Shown: positions 17,545-26,648, counted from the stretch's first letter. The stretch is DNA of 64,000 nt from Planctomycetota bacterium (GCA_038060895.1 JBBTCT010000018.1:46928-110927); one strand, 5' to 3'. Numbers and translations are program-made. The notes: a model not told the origin generated them from the letters alone.

Positions 17545-18279
17545 CTACTTCTCCATTGCGCGTCGCTTCTCAATTCGCTCTTTGGCTTTGCGAGCGAAAT
17601 CCTCATCGGATGCTGAGTCCTTGAACAGGTCCTTGAACGGGTTAACCCGGCTCGCCGCGAAGCTGTCGCGGCATGCCGACTGGACTCGCAGGATCATTGC
17701 CAAATAGCGAAGCCGCTTTTCCTCCTGGGGAGCGGTCCCGAGGTCCTCAAGGACCGAGTCTTCGACTTCCTTCCAGAGAGCCCCTCTCGCATCGTCGGTT
17801 TTCACCTGAAGAAACGTCTGAATCCATGAGACTTCGCTTTCAGGAAGAGGGCTCTGGAGTCGAAGTAGGTTGGACAGGCCGCTCGGTTGCAACTTGATGC
17901 GGTCCATGTAAAGGGCGTGCATGACGCCTTCGGAGGGAGTCGAGTGGTAGGCCACGCGGTTCATCGACCATCGGAAACTAGAACTTTGCTCGGACAGATT
18001 CAGGTTGCCACGCTCTCCGTCGATGGTGTACCACGTGACCCTTCCATCGACCGCTTGAGCCTCCCACAACTCCGCACGCGCCGCCGCCGCTTCGATGATT
18101 TGTTGAATTGAGTCTTCCTTCGCCTTCCTCTCCGCTGAGAAGCGCGCTTCCAGTTCTTGCCGCTCGTCGCGCCGTTTGGAATACAGCACGCCACCAACCG
18201 AGACGCCAGCAACCGAGACGATGGCAAGCGCCAAGAATCCATATGCTCGCTTCAGTCGTGGCTCCATGCTCCCGATCAT
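17545..18279 (-). CDS. hypothetical membrane-anchored cargo protein
   Basis: N-terminal TM helix then coiled coil; start uncertain (18279 or 18267). Confidence 0.65.
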   Translation of the reverse strand: MIGSMEPRLKRAYGFLALAIVSVAGVSVGGVLYSKRRDERQELEARFSAERKAKEDSIQQIIEAAAARAELWEAQAVDGRVTWYTIDGERGNLNLSEQSSSFRWSMNRVAYHSTPSEGVMHALYMDRIKLQPSGLSNLLRLQSPLPESEVSWIQTFLQVKTDDARGALWKEVEDSVLEDLGTAPQEEKRLRYLAMILRVQSACRDSFAASRVNPFKDLFKDSASDEDFARKAKERIEKRRAMEK

Positions 18280-18385
18280 ACCTTCCGGGATGTCCGATTC
18301 TCGGAACGTGTACGGCAGGAAATCGAGCGAGTAGGCTTGTCCCGGAAGCTCACGCTCTTGCGTCGCATCATTCGGAGGAAGGTCC

Positions 18386-18784
18386 GTGGAGATTCCGTTC
18401 GCGATGTTTGCCGACCACGTCAGTACGACGAACGACGGCAAGCTGAACATCCTCGGCGTCTTTGAGACTGTCAAAGTCTCCGCCGGGTCAGCGCTGGCCC
18501 AGTGCTTCCTCCTCTATCGCGTCGAAGCTAATCGCGAGGAATTGCTGAATCCGCAGGCCGTGGCGGCATCCGTCCACAAGCCGGACGGAACCGAAGTGAT
18601 GAGGTTCGAGACTTCCTTGATGTTCGGAAATGTCAGCGGATCGCCTGCGGGAACTGTTTTTCGGGCGAACGTCGCCCTGTGCCTTCAGGGCGTGAGATTC
18701 GACATAGCGGGCGAATGGAAGGCGCGATTCATGGGCGGGGGCGGGGAACTTGCCCAGATCACTCTTCTGGTTGAATTGCGGTAG
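18386..18784 (+). CDS. DUF6941-like protein
   Basis: AMFADHV...DGKLNILGVF N-terminus and F..AGEW C-terminus, recognised from memory of the family. Confidence 0.7.
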   Translation: MEIPFAMFADHVSTTNDGKLNILGVFETVKVSAGSALAQCFLLYRVEANREELLNPQAVAASVHKPDGTEVMRFETSLMFGNVSGSPAGTVFRANVALCLQGVRFDIAGEWKARFMGGGGELAQITLLVELR

Positions 18785-18807
18785 AGGCCAAACGTCCGGA
18801 GCGTGGC

Positions 18808-19059
18808 ATGGTAGGGTCTGCCGCCAAGAAACTTCTCGACCAGATGCGGGCCACCTCGGCGGGATGGTCCGAACAGGACTTCTCGCGCTTGTTCCTCGGC
18901 TACGGCTTCGACAAAAAGGGCGGCGGCGGTCACACGAAATACTCCCACCCTCGCTATCCTGCGTTGCTCATCACGGTGCCTCGTCACCGAAAATTGAAGA
19001 ATTGGGTAGCCCGAGAAGCCGTTAAACTGATCGAGAAGCTGGAGGCCCTCGGAGGTTAG
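18808..19059 (+). CDS. hicA: HicA-family toxin
   Basis: GFDKKGGGGHTKYSHP...ITVPRH dsRBD-like fold. Confidence 0.85.
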   Translation: MVGSAAKKLLDQMRATSAGWSEQDFSRLFLGYGFDKKGGGGHTKYSHPRYPALLITVPRHRKLKNWVAREAVKLIEKLEALGG

Positions 19060-19063
19060 CCGC

Positions 19064-19480
19064 ATGAAGAGCAAAGAAGGAAAGAGCAAGGTAGTGGGAG
19101 TCATCGTCGGAACAAAAGGCCGAGTGCAGCACTTCGGCGTTGAGTTGAGTCTTGAAACCGACGATGACGGGAGTAGCTACTACCTCGCTCGGTCCATCGA
19201 AATTCCTGGATGTATGAGTGATGGATCTAGCATCGAAGAAGCGCTGATGAACTTGGGGGACGCGATTCAGCTCTGCCTTACCACGAGCGAGAGTGCGACG
19301 TCAAAGCGAGCGCCCATCGACAAGGGTTATGGTTCGGACTTGTTCGTAAAGGGAGCAAGTTTGCAGCTCTTCCAAACGAAGTCCTCATCCTCCCCTGCGT
19401 CTGCGGTCTCTGGTCCGATTGCGGAATCCAACCTGTATCCGCTGCCGACCAGACGTGGAGCGCTGGCGAACGCAAAGTAG
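19064..19480 (+). CDS. hicB: HicB-family antitoxin
   Basis: YLARSIEIPGCMSDGSSIEEALMNLGDAI motif. Confidence 0.85.
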   Translation: MKSKEGKSKVVGVIVGTKGRVQHFGVELSLETDDDGSSYYLARSIEIPGCMSDGSSIEEALMNLGDAIQLCLTTSESATSKRAPIDKGYGSDLFVKGASLQLFQTKSSSSPASAVSGPIAESNLYPLPTRRGALANAK

Positions 19481-19570
19481 GCGTCGAGTGAAGGGCCGTT
19501 CGGAGAGTCTCAGGCTCAAGCTCCCCTTATGGCGCGAGAGGCTTCGATGGCCACGGCGAGCCGCACAGGT

Positions 19571-19798
19571 TCATGGCCCAAGCTTCCTTCCGGCAGCGCG
19601 CTTCCGGTAGGGGCGGTATCCCTCCGCAAGCCGCTCGCGCCTGAGCTTCTCCACCGCGTCGAGGGGGACACGGATTGCACGGCCAAAGCGAAAGGAGGGA
19701 AGGACCCCGGCCCTGACCATTCTGTAGATCGTGGTCTGGCTTACTTCGAGAAGCCGGGCGACAGTCCTCATGCTTGCATCGATGGAGTGATCGGGCAT
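19571..19798 (-). CDS. excisionase-like HTH protein
   Basis: VARLLEVSQTTIYRMVRAGVLPSFRFGRAIRVP (HTH_17-like). Confidence 0.85.
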   Translation of the reverse strand: MPDHSIDASMRTVARLLEVSQTTIYRMVRAGVLPSFRFGRAIRVPLDAVEKLRRERLAEGYRPYRKRAAGRKLGP

Positions 19799-19967
19799 GA
19801 CGGGCTCCAAGTAGGGGGAGGGAGGCACGAATCGGAGGGGCGGTCATTAGGTGCATTCCCCGTGAAAAAAGGGGGGTCCACGGTGGATCGTTCCACCGAC
19901 TGAGCTTGGTAGACTGCGGCAGCAGGGCATGGGGAGTTTCTGGCCGCATAAGTCGGAAGAGAGAGCG

Positions 19968-20189
19968 ATGGGAACAGCCGAGCGAATCGCGGGATGGCTA
20001 ACGCCCCTCCTAATCCTCGGTCACATTTTCGCCTTCTTCGGCGTGGCAATTCGCCTCTGGGACCACGGCGCTTGGTTTTGGATTTGGATTTGTGGAGGTG
20101 GTGAGATCGCCTGCGGGACGGCATACGCCATAGTGACGTGGCCGATTGCTTGGGTGCTGGCGGGTATCTCAAAGCTGCTTGGAGAGTGA
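19968..20189 (+). CDS. small membrane protein
   Basis: 73 aa, Trp-rich hydrophobic helices, purine-rich RBS. Confidence 0.5.
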   Translation: MGTAERIAGWLTPLLILGHIFAFFGVAIRLWDHGAWFWIWICGGGEIACGTAYAIVTWPIAWVLAGISKLLGE

Positions 20190-20217
20190 CTTCGCTCCCG
20201 CCTCAACGAGGGAGAAG

Positions 20218-20619
20218 TCACGCCCGCGCCTTGATCGTGGCGACAAGGATCGTTGAGGAAAACTTCAACATGCCTGTTAGCGCCTCCGCCCTTTGAAGCG
20301 GCGTCATCTTCGAGTCCGGGTCGGAAATCAATTTCAGGACGAAGCAGAGCGCCGCCTCAATTTCGTCCGGGCAGGGAAGAGCCTTCTTCGTCTCGCTCCA
20401 ATCGAACCGCTTGTCCCTCTCCGCGACTGGATTGGGGACGCGGATTTCGTAGCGCCTGAAGTCGTCGTCCTCCTCGATTTCCTCTTCCTCGCCCCCGGCT
20501 TCGGTCTCCGGTTCCGGCGGCGTCAGGACTTCCTTCAGGTGCGAGCCAAGCGTCCCCTCCCGCGCCCGCTCGCTCGCCCGGCGGTTGTAGGCGTTGACTT
20601 CCTCGTTAGACATGGCCAT
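20218..20619 (-). CDS. hypothetical protein
   Basis: Acidic ORF overlapping the end of the upstream HTH gene. Confidence 0.55.
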   Translation of the reverse strand: MAMSNEEVNAYNRRASERAREGTLGSHLKEVLTPPEPETEAGGEEEEIEEDDDFRRYEIRVPNPVAERDKRFDWSETKKALPCPDEIEAALCFVLKLISDPDSKMTPLQRAEALTGMLKFSSTILVATIKARA

Positions 20620-20860
20620 TCGATGCCCCCTTCCGGTTCTCACGCTTCCAAGGCTTCGCGGGCGCTTCCAGTTGGCCCCGTAGCCAAGCGTCGAGGGCCG
20701 GGATAACAACGCGCAGATTCCTTCCGATCCGAACGGCCTTGATTTCCCCTGAGTAGATCAGCCGCTCAACCGTCCGCGTACAGCACTCCAAGGCTTGCGC
20801 CGTCTCGCGGATCGTTGCGAAGTTCCTTCCGTCTCCAAGCGTTTCAACGCGCGGAATCAT
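20606..20860 (-). CDS. excisionase-like HTH protein
   Basis: TIRETAQALECCTRTVERLIYSGEIKAVRIGRNLRV. Confidence 0.85.
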   Translation of the reverse strand: MIPRVETLGDGRNFATIRETAQALECCTRTVERLIYSGEIKAVRIGRNLRVVIPALDAWLRGQLEAPAKPWKRENRKGASNGHV

Positions 20861-20863
20861 TCG

Positions 20864-21262
20864 CTATCCGTCCTTTCGAGTGGGGGGAGGAACGAAGCGA
20901 ATCCCTTTCCCGGACAACGCTGCACAGTTTTTTCCGGAGAGCGCCGAGGACAAGCCGGGCTCCGGGAAAGCGTGGACAGAATGGACACAATTCGACCCTC
21001 TCTGAATTCTGTCCATTTCGTCCAAGGTTCCGGAGCCCCCTTCCCGGATTTCAGCCTCCCGGCGGGAGAGTTCGGCGCTTGCCTCTTGAAGCCAGCCGAC
21101 GAGTTCGAGCAGAGCGGCCTTGTGATCGCGAACGCGGGCGAGCAGGTCCGGGGTCAGCGCGGCTGTTTGGCCCCTGACTCGAAGCTCGCCTTCCTCCACG
21201 CGAAGCCGGATGCCAGCGGCGTAGAGGTCGGCGACGATGTTGGAGGGATAGGGCAGGGTCAT
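20864..21262 (-). CDS. primase-associated small protein (TubC N-terminal docking-like)
   Basis: LYAAGIRLRVEEGELRVRG...LTPDLLARVRDHKAALLEL. Confidence 0.7.
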   Translation of the reverse strand: MTLPYPSNIVADLYAAGIRLRVEEGELRVRGQTAALTPDLLARVRDHKAALLELVGWLQEASAELSRREAEIREGGSGTLDEMDRIQRGSNCVHSVHAFPEPGLSSALSGKNCAALSGKGIRFVPPPTRKDG

Positions 21263-21365
21263 ACCGTGATCTCCTCGTCGCCACTTTCCGGGGCTGGTGG
21301 ATCGCCCCCTGTCGGCTCTTGTTCCCGAGGTTGGGTGGCAGGGGTCGGGACAGAATGGACAGAAT
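20974..21365. repeat. 9-bp iterons (GGACAGAAT), putative replication origin
   Basis: Copies at 20974, 20983, inverted 21006, inverted 21015, 21348 and 21357. Confidence 0.65.
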
Positions 21366-24066
21366 CCGCTGCAACCGCCTGCGGGGCGTGTTCGGCAACC
21401 TGGGGGTGAACGTCGAAGACGGCGGAGGGGGGGCGGCCCGGTCCCTTGCGCGTCGGCGCGGGTTGCTCCCGGAGGAAGCCGTGCGCGACAAGGGCATCGA
21501 GGGGCGCGTCAACGCCGTCCACGCTGTCAACCGTCCCACGAAGAGCGCGGTACGCATCGCGTCGGGAAATCGTCAGCGCGCGCGAATCCGCAAGGAAGAC
21601 GAGCAGCTCGCACGCGGCCTCAATGTTCGGGTCCATGCCCATAGCGCCATGCGCGGCGCGAGCGTGCGCTTCGGCGTAGCGCGCGAGCTTGACTCCCCGC
21701 TCCATCGTCGCGGAGGTGACGGGCGCGCCCATGGACTTGCCCGGCCCGATGCTGTCCCCGCAATGAAGAATCCCGGCGACACGAAGAGCGAGCCCGCGCG
21801 CGCGGTTTGCCCAGTCGCGCAGGTGCGCCAGGTCGCCACCCGGCTTCATGCGCGCTTCAACGTCGGCGGCGTATTCTCCGAGAGTAACTTGCGCTTCGGG
21901 CGCGAGCTTGAGCGTCAGGACTTCGGGGCGAACCGTCGAGCCCGGCGGAGCTTGCGGCAGAGGCAGGGTGAGCAAGTCCTTCACGCGCGCGCCGTACGCT
22001 TCGTGCGCGTCGAAGTCACGATGCCGGGGCTTCCACTCGCGGGAACCAATCCTCGTTACCGGCTTCGAGTAGAACAGGCGGGCAAGTAGGCCACGTCCAC
22101 GGAGTTCGCGCCGAGCGCCGAAGCCAGAGAGGATTTCCGGCTGGACCGTCAGCCCCACCGTGAGAAGCGGCTCCCGAAGAATCACGGGCGGACGCGATAT
22201 CCGATCCACGCGCACGCGGTCCCCGCCGTAGGCTCCGAGGAACAAGTCGAGATTTGCCGGGCCATCGTTGTAGCGCCCGGTCACGGTTTCGATAACTCCG
22301 CCCTCTGCCGCCGCAAAGAGCATCCGCTCCCCGTTCGCTTGCATCAGGTCGCCGAGCTTCTCCGGCGTCACGTCGCCAACGGTGAGAATCGGCGCGGACG
22401 GGATGACGTGCGCCCCCAGCACAAGCTCTGCCTCGCGGAGCGCGGACTCTGCCGTTGCCTTCGCATCCTTCGTTGCGTTCAACAGCGCTTTCTCTGCCGC
22501 CTTGACCTTTGCTCCAAGCACCCGCTGTTCTGCCTTCGCGTTCGCAATCTTAGGTTCCGCATTGCTCGCTAGGGTCCGCTCGAATTCCCAAACTGGCGCC
22601 AGCACCTTCCCGAAAACCGCTGACTTCATTTCGCCGGAAGGCAGGACCAAAACGATGTAGAGGTTGAGAGGTTCCCTCCATCCCGGCCACGCTTCGATCT
22701 GGTACTTACCGGCCAGCGCGGACGCGGCAACCGCTAGCCCGAGCAACGCGGGCAGGTCCGGCGGGCATTGGAGAGATTCCGCCAACGACTCCGCCGAATC
22801 GCCGAGCCACTTGGGGAGAGTGTCGAGCGAGAAGGCGGGCAGGTTCGCTTCCGCGATCATGGGAATCGGATCGCCCCACGGTTCGGGGGCGGTGCTAGTC
22901 GCGGTCGTCCCGTTCGCTCCGGCCTTGCCATTTCGCGGCGTCCCGTAGCCGAGAGCGAGCAGCGCCTTCGCCGCTTCGGAATCTCTGCCGCCGTGCCGGA
23001 GCCGGGAGAAAACCTGCGACGGGCTGTAGCTCTTGTTCACTTCGAATTCGGAGACGTTCGAGCTGAAAGCGTGGAGGAGCGGCCCGCCCTCCGAGGTCTT
23101 GTTATGTCCCAGCGTCGCGCACCTGCCGTCGCCGCCGGGCCGGGTCCAACTCGATTCCCCGTCACGCTCCACGCCGTACCGCTTCCATCCCGCCCCTTCG
23201 AGCAGCGCGGCCACGTCGCCGCGAGAATTGAAATCCTCAAAGGGAGAGAGCCCTTCACCCTCCGCCCGCGCCTTCATCGCCGGATTGTTCTTTTTCTCTT
23301 CCGCCGGGACGAGCCGTGCGACGGCTTCGAGCTTCTCGCGGGAGACGATGCCGAGCGAACCGGGGGAGACGTAGACGAGTGCGGCGAGCCGGTGCGGACG
23401 TTCGGGAGTAGAGCTACCCTTCCGCGCAATCGTTCCGTAGAGCTTCGCGATTCGAGACGCGTTGAAGCAAGACGGATCGACCTTGACCTGATCGGTTCCG
23501 AAACGAGCGTTGAGCGCGAGCAGGACACGGCGGAGCAGGTCTTTCGAAGCCTCGTCGTTCGGCAGGTCCAAGGGGTAGAGAACGTGCGCGCCATTGCCGG
23601 AGAGGGCGCGGACTCCCGCCACCCACCCTTGTTCACTCTCAAGCCAAGTCCGCGCTGTCCTGGCTATCTCGCACGCTGCTTTGACTTCTGCTTTCGTTGA
23701 GGAGATTCCGGCCCGCCGTGTCGCGTCGAAATCGAGGTACAGCCAGCGGACCCGGAGAATGTCCGCGTCTTGCGTCGTGGACTTCGCGTAGTCGTGAAGC
23801 TTGTTCACCTCTGCGAGCGCGAGCAGGTCCGGCGACACGGGATTCAAGACCTGATAAATGCCCTTCGCCGTCGCGCGCGCTTCGAGCTTGGCAACTTCGG
23901 CGGCGACTTTCGCGGGATCGTTGAAGAATCCCGCCGCCGTGAAGGGCTTGCCGCTTCCGCGCGTCGAGGAACAGTCGAGCGCCCGCACCTCGAAGACGGA
24001 GCCGGATTCATGGAACAGGCGAAGTGTCCGCTCAATTTCTGCGGGATTGATGGTAAGCGCGGTCAC
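21259..24066 (-). CDS. AEP-type primase-polymerase fused to DUF3987/YfjI helicase-like domain
   Basis: WLYLDFD, SGNGAH, DPSCFNASRI; WREPLNLY..PSGEMKS, DVTPEKL, VDRISR, GLLAR. Confidence 0.88.
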   Translation of the reverse strand: MTALTINPAEIERTLRLFHESGSVFEVRALDCSSTRGSGKPFTAAGFFNDPAKVAAEVAKLEARATAKGIYQVLNPVSPDLLALAEVNKLHDYAKSTTQDADILRVRWLYLDFDATRRAGISSTKAEVKAACEIARTARTWLESEQGWVAGVRALSGNGAHVLYPLDLPNDEASKDLLRRVLLALNARFGTDQVKVDPSCFNASRIAKLYGTIARKGSSTPERPHRLAALVYVSPGSLGIVSREKLEAVARLVPAEEKKNNPAMKARAEGEGLSPFEDFNSRGDVAALLEGAGWKRYGVERDGESSWTRPGGDGRCATLGHNKTSEGGPLLHAFSSNVSEFEVNKSYSPSQVFSRLRHGGRDSEAAKALLALGYGTPRNGKAGANGTTATSTAPEPWGDPIPMIAEANLPAFSLDTLPKWLGDSAESLAESLQCPPDLPALLGLAVAASALAGKYQIEAWPGWREPLNLYIVLVLPSGEMKSAVFGKVLAPVWEFERTLASNAEPKIANAKAEQRVLGAKVKAAEKALLNATKDAKATAESALREAELVLGAHVIPSAPILTVGDVTPEKLGDLMQANGERMLFAAAEGGVIETVTGRYNDGPANLDLFLGAYGGDRVRVDRISRPPVILREPLLTVGLTVQPEILSGFGARRELRGRGLLARLFYSKPVTRIGSREWKPRHRDFDAHEAYGARVKDLLTLPLPQAPPGSTVRPEVLTLKLAPEAQVTLGEYAADVEARMKPGGDLAHLRDWANRARGLALRVAGILHCGDSIGPGKSMGAPVTSATMERGVKLARYAEAHARAAHGAMGMDPNIEAACELLVFLADSRALTISRRDAYRALRGTVDSVDGVDAPLDALVAHGFLREQPAPTRKGPGRPPSAVFDVHPQVAEHAPQAVAADSVHSVPTPATQPREQEPTGGDPPAPESGDEEITV

Positions 24067-24377
24067 TTGAGTTTCTCCGAATTGAGCGGGCTGGGCGCGC
24101 GTTCGAGAACTTCGACCTCGTAGACCTTCGCGCGCACCTGATCGAAACCGGTGAATGTGATGCGAACGCGGTCGCCGATGCATGGATCGGCGGCTCTCCA
24201 CGCGGCGCGCAGGCGCGGAGGGATGTAGACCGCTTGCAGGATCGACCCAGCGTCGATGAACGCGCGATCCAGCAGCCCAAACCGGGCGCGGACGTCGCGC
24301 TTTACGGCTATGACGCACCCCAAGAGCGAGTCTCCCGGGACCTGGAACCTGTAGCGCAGAAGTGTCGATGTTTTCAT
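24063..24377 (-). CDS. putative OB-fold ssDNA-binding protein
   Basis: F..PGD.L.G...P.IGD.V.I.F.G...K.Y.V pattern; GTGA-coupled to the primase. Confidence 0.5.
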   Translation of the reverse strand: MKTSTLLRYRFQVPGDSLLGCVIAVKRDVRARFGLLDRAFIDAGSILQAVYIPPRLRAAWRAADPCIGDRVRITFTGFDQVRAKVYEVEVLERAPSPLNSEKLK

Positions 24378-24524
24378 CTCAGGGACTCCGAAGGCAGGGT
24401 TGCGAGGGCGGAGGGAAGGTCCAAGTGGGAGGTGAGGTTCACGGGCGGGCTCGATCCACGCCGAGCCGAACGTAGCCAAGCGCCCACTTCAGCAGGGGGG
24501 ATTCGAGAAGGTTGGAGTTCGAGT

Positions 24525-24848
24525 TCACGATTCCTTCCCGTCTCCGCTGCGCTCGTGCGGCAGAGGGTAGGCCTTCCGCAACGCGTCGAGGATCGCCGGG
24601 TTGCCGACCCTTGCCCTTGCTGGGGCTCGGACTGTGATTTCACGGCGGCGGAGCGCGTCGAGAAACGACACTCTCCGGAGGAGCAGCCTGCGACCGCATC
24701 GAGTGAAGGGGCCGCAGAGTCCCTTCCGGATCGCCTTCCATGCGGCGTCTACGCCGACACCCAGGACGCGGGCCACGTCCTCGACGCGCAGGATTTCAGG
24801 CAGACAGGCGCGAGCAACGTCTACTTCGAACGAGGTTTCGTTTTCCAT
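24525..24848 (-). CDS. AlpA/excisionase-like HTH protein
   Basis: LPEILRVEDVARVLGVG...AIRKG..GPFTRCGRR. Confidence 0.75.
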   Translation of the reverse strand: MENETSFEVDVARACLPEILRVEDVARVLGVGVDAAWKAIRKGLCGPFTRCGRRLLLRRVSFLDALRRREITVRAPARARVGNPAILDALRKAYPLPHERSGDGKES

Positions 24849-24890
24849 ACCCCCTTACGGGGGCAAAGACTCCCGACTTGAAGAAGAATT

Positions 24891-26021
24891 TCAGAATTCC
24901 GAGGGGCCTATTTCCCGAGTCAACCAAGCCTCTTCCGCGGAGAGCGCATGGCTCAGGGAGTCGGGGCGGATCGTCGGGTGCCGAGCGAGCAAGTCAGCCG
25001 GTGACACGGAGGTTTCGTCCGGTATGCCGTGGCGTCCCAGCAGCAGCTGAAGCAGGTTCGCACGGACCACCCGAACGGCCTCGGACCTGCTTTCGATCCT
25101 CGACCGCTGCCTGCAAAGTTCCCGCAATCGCTCTACTTGGCGACAGACAATCCGCTTGCGTTCTTCGTCCTCGACCGGAATTGTCCCTTCGACTCCGCCG
25201 CCGACTTGCTCCAAGTTCTCGACCTGATACTCCCTCGACACAAGTCGGAGCAGTACCTCGCGAATCCGGTCAGCCGTGACGCGGATTCGAAAAGCTCCCC
25301 CACGTTGGCGGGTAAGAAATGGGCCTCCGGCACGGAGAATCCCCGCGACCGTCTCTTGCCGAATGTCCTCATCCGGAAGTTCGCAACGCAGCGACTTGAC
25401 GCTCTTTCGGACTCGATAATCGCGATCCAGCCGCCGGGCCGTCTTGCTTCGTGCCGAGTGAAACAGGGCTTGGTTGAAGGGGTCTTGGAGGGAGCCGTAG
25501 CGAATCTGATCAACGGCGTCTAGGTCTTCGGACCAAATGCCCGGGCCGAAGTCGAGAACCTTGAACTGAGCGAGCATCCGGCCGTACTTCGAGCGATCCT
25601 CGCGGCATCGCTGATCGGTCAGAGCGTCCCACGCAACCCAGGCTCGCATGAGGTCTTGCCGATTCTGTCCCGGCCGGAGCAAGCTACGCTCGCGAATTTC
25701 ATCGCCGAGGATGGAAAAAAAGCGGGTGCAGACGCGAACGATTTGCAACCGGCGAACTTCGTAGGTGAGGTACGTCTCGGCGGGCATGGAATCCCAAATC
25801 TCTCGTCGGATGATCCCGCCAAGCTCGTCTATGCGGGTCAGACCATAGGTCGTGTAGGTATCGAGCCAAGCGAGCGCCATCTGTCGCGTGAACTTGACCC
25901 TCGATACCGACGTGATCGGCCGGTAAAAGGGTCGCTTACTTTTGGGGGGTTCCACGTCTCGCCCTTCCGTGAAAGCGGGCCGAGGAAGTCGGGGGCGAGT
26001 CCGACTTACCTCGGTCCGCAA
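24891..26021 (-). CDS. hypothetical protein, possibly ECF-sigma-like regulator
   Basis: 376-aa ORF; EDIRQETVAG and a C-terminal HTH-like segment; start uncertain. Confidence 0.5.
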   Translation of the reverse strand: MRTEVSRTRPRLPRPAFTEGRDVEPPKSKRPFYRPITSVSRVKFTRQMALAWLDTYTTYGLTRIDELGGIIRREIWDSMPAETYLTYEVRRLQIVRVCTRFFSILGDEIRERSLLRPGQNRQDLMRAWVAWDALTDQRCREDRSKYGRMLAQFKVLDFGPGIWSEDLDAVDQIRYGSLQDPFNQALFHSARSKTARRLDRDYRVRKSVKSLRCELPDEDIRQETVAGILRAGGPFLTRQRGGAFRIRVTADRIREVLLRLVSREYQVENLEQVGGGVEGTIPVEDEERKRIVCRQVERLRELCRQRSRIESRSEAVRVVRANLLQLLLGRHGIPDETSVSPADLLARHPTIRPDSLSHALSAEEAWLTREIGPSEF

Positions 26022-26088
26022 GCCTCGCGGGGAGCTACCCCGCGTCAGTCATTCTACCGTCAGAGCAGAGCCAACTAGCATCGAGGTT

Positions 26089-26110
26089 GGCACCGTCCCC
26101 GGCCCCGTCC
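26089..26110 (+). promoter_or_regulatory. putative integrase arm-type sites (right)
   Basis: GGCACCGTCC-cc-GGCCCCGTCC, same 12-bp period as the left pair. Confidence 0.65.
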
Positions 26111-26249
26111 GCGCATCGGTTCTCTTCGGCTGAGGTCGGTCCACGTCGGTTTGAACGTGAACCTCCGTTCGGCTTCAAGCGTTGACCCTGCAAGGGTTTC
26201 CCTCTAGGATTCCGCCCGCCGCGGGGTTGAATCCGCGACGGGCGAAACG

Positions 26250-26294
26250 GTTTTGTAAACACGAGGTTGCGGGTTCAAGTCCCGCGCCCAGCTT
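26250..26294 (+). repeat. attR core (3' half of tRNA-Thr)
   Basis: 45-bp identity with 14229-14273. Confidence 0.95.
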
Positions 26295-26416
26295 CGAATC
26301 GAGGTGAGGGAGTCGGTGGAGGCTGCGTCGGGCGGCGGGCAGGGCGATGGCGGAGAACTTCAGCATTTGGCGCCGCCCGACTCCGCCTCCACACGACTCC
26401 CTCACCTCGATTCGAA
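26293..26416. repeat. long hairpin (23-bp perfect outer arms)
   Basis: ttcgaatcgaggtgagggagtcg ... cgactccctcacctcgattcgaa; shares ggctgcgtcgg/ccgactccgcc with 2698-2819. Confidence 0.9.
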
Positions 26417-26434
26417 ATTGAACGACCCGGCGTA

Positions 26435-26464
26435 TTGACAACAGGCGTTTTGACCTTCAAGAAT
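26435..26464 (+). promoter_or_regulatory. promoter of tRNA-Tyr/Gly
   Basis: TTGACA-N18-AAGAAT. Confidence 0.5.
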
Positions 26465-26473
26465 TCGTGACTC

Positions 26474-26555
26474 GGGCAGATACCCAAGTGGCTAAAGGGG
26501 CCAGACTGTAAATCTGGTGGCTATGCCTTCGGGGGTTCGAATCCCTCTCTGCCCA
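26474..26555 (+). tRNA. tRNA-Tyr(GTA)
   Basis: GGGCAGA...TCTGCCC A, anticodon loop CTGTAAA, long variable arm. Confidence 0.96.
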
Positions 26556-26575
26556 TCGAAACGCGCCATTCACGC

Positions 26576-26648
26576 GCGGGTGTAGCTCAATTGGCAGAGC
26601 GCCAGCCTTCCAAGCTGGCCGTTGTGGGTTCGAGCCCCATCACCCGCT
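26576..26648 (+). tRNA. tRNA-Gly(TCC)
   Basis: GCGGGTG...CACCCGC T, anticodon loop CTTCCAA. Confidence 0.96.

Larger units (their letters stand above)
14229..26294. mobile_element. ~12 kb integrated satellite-like (PICI/P4-like) element
   Basis: att repeats, tyrosine integrase, excisionase-like HTHs, primase-DUF3987, HicAB; no capsid, tail, terminase or conjugation genes recognised. Confidence 0.9.

Noticed and set aside
26250-26294. Second tRNA-Thr gene
   Set aside because: Only the 3' half is present; it is the attR duplication.
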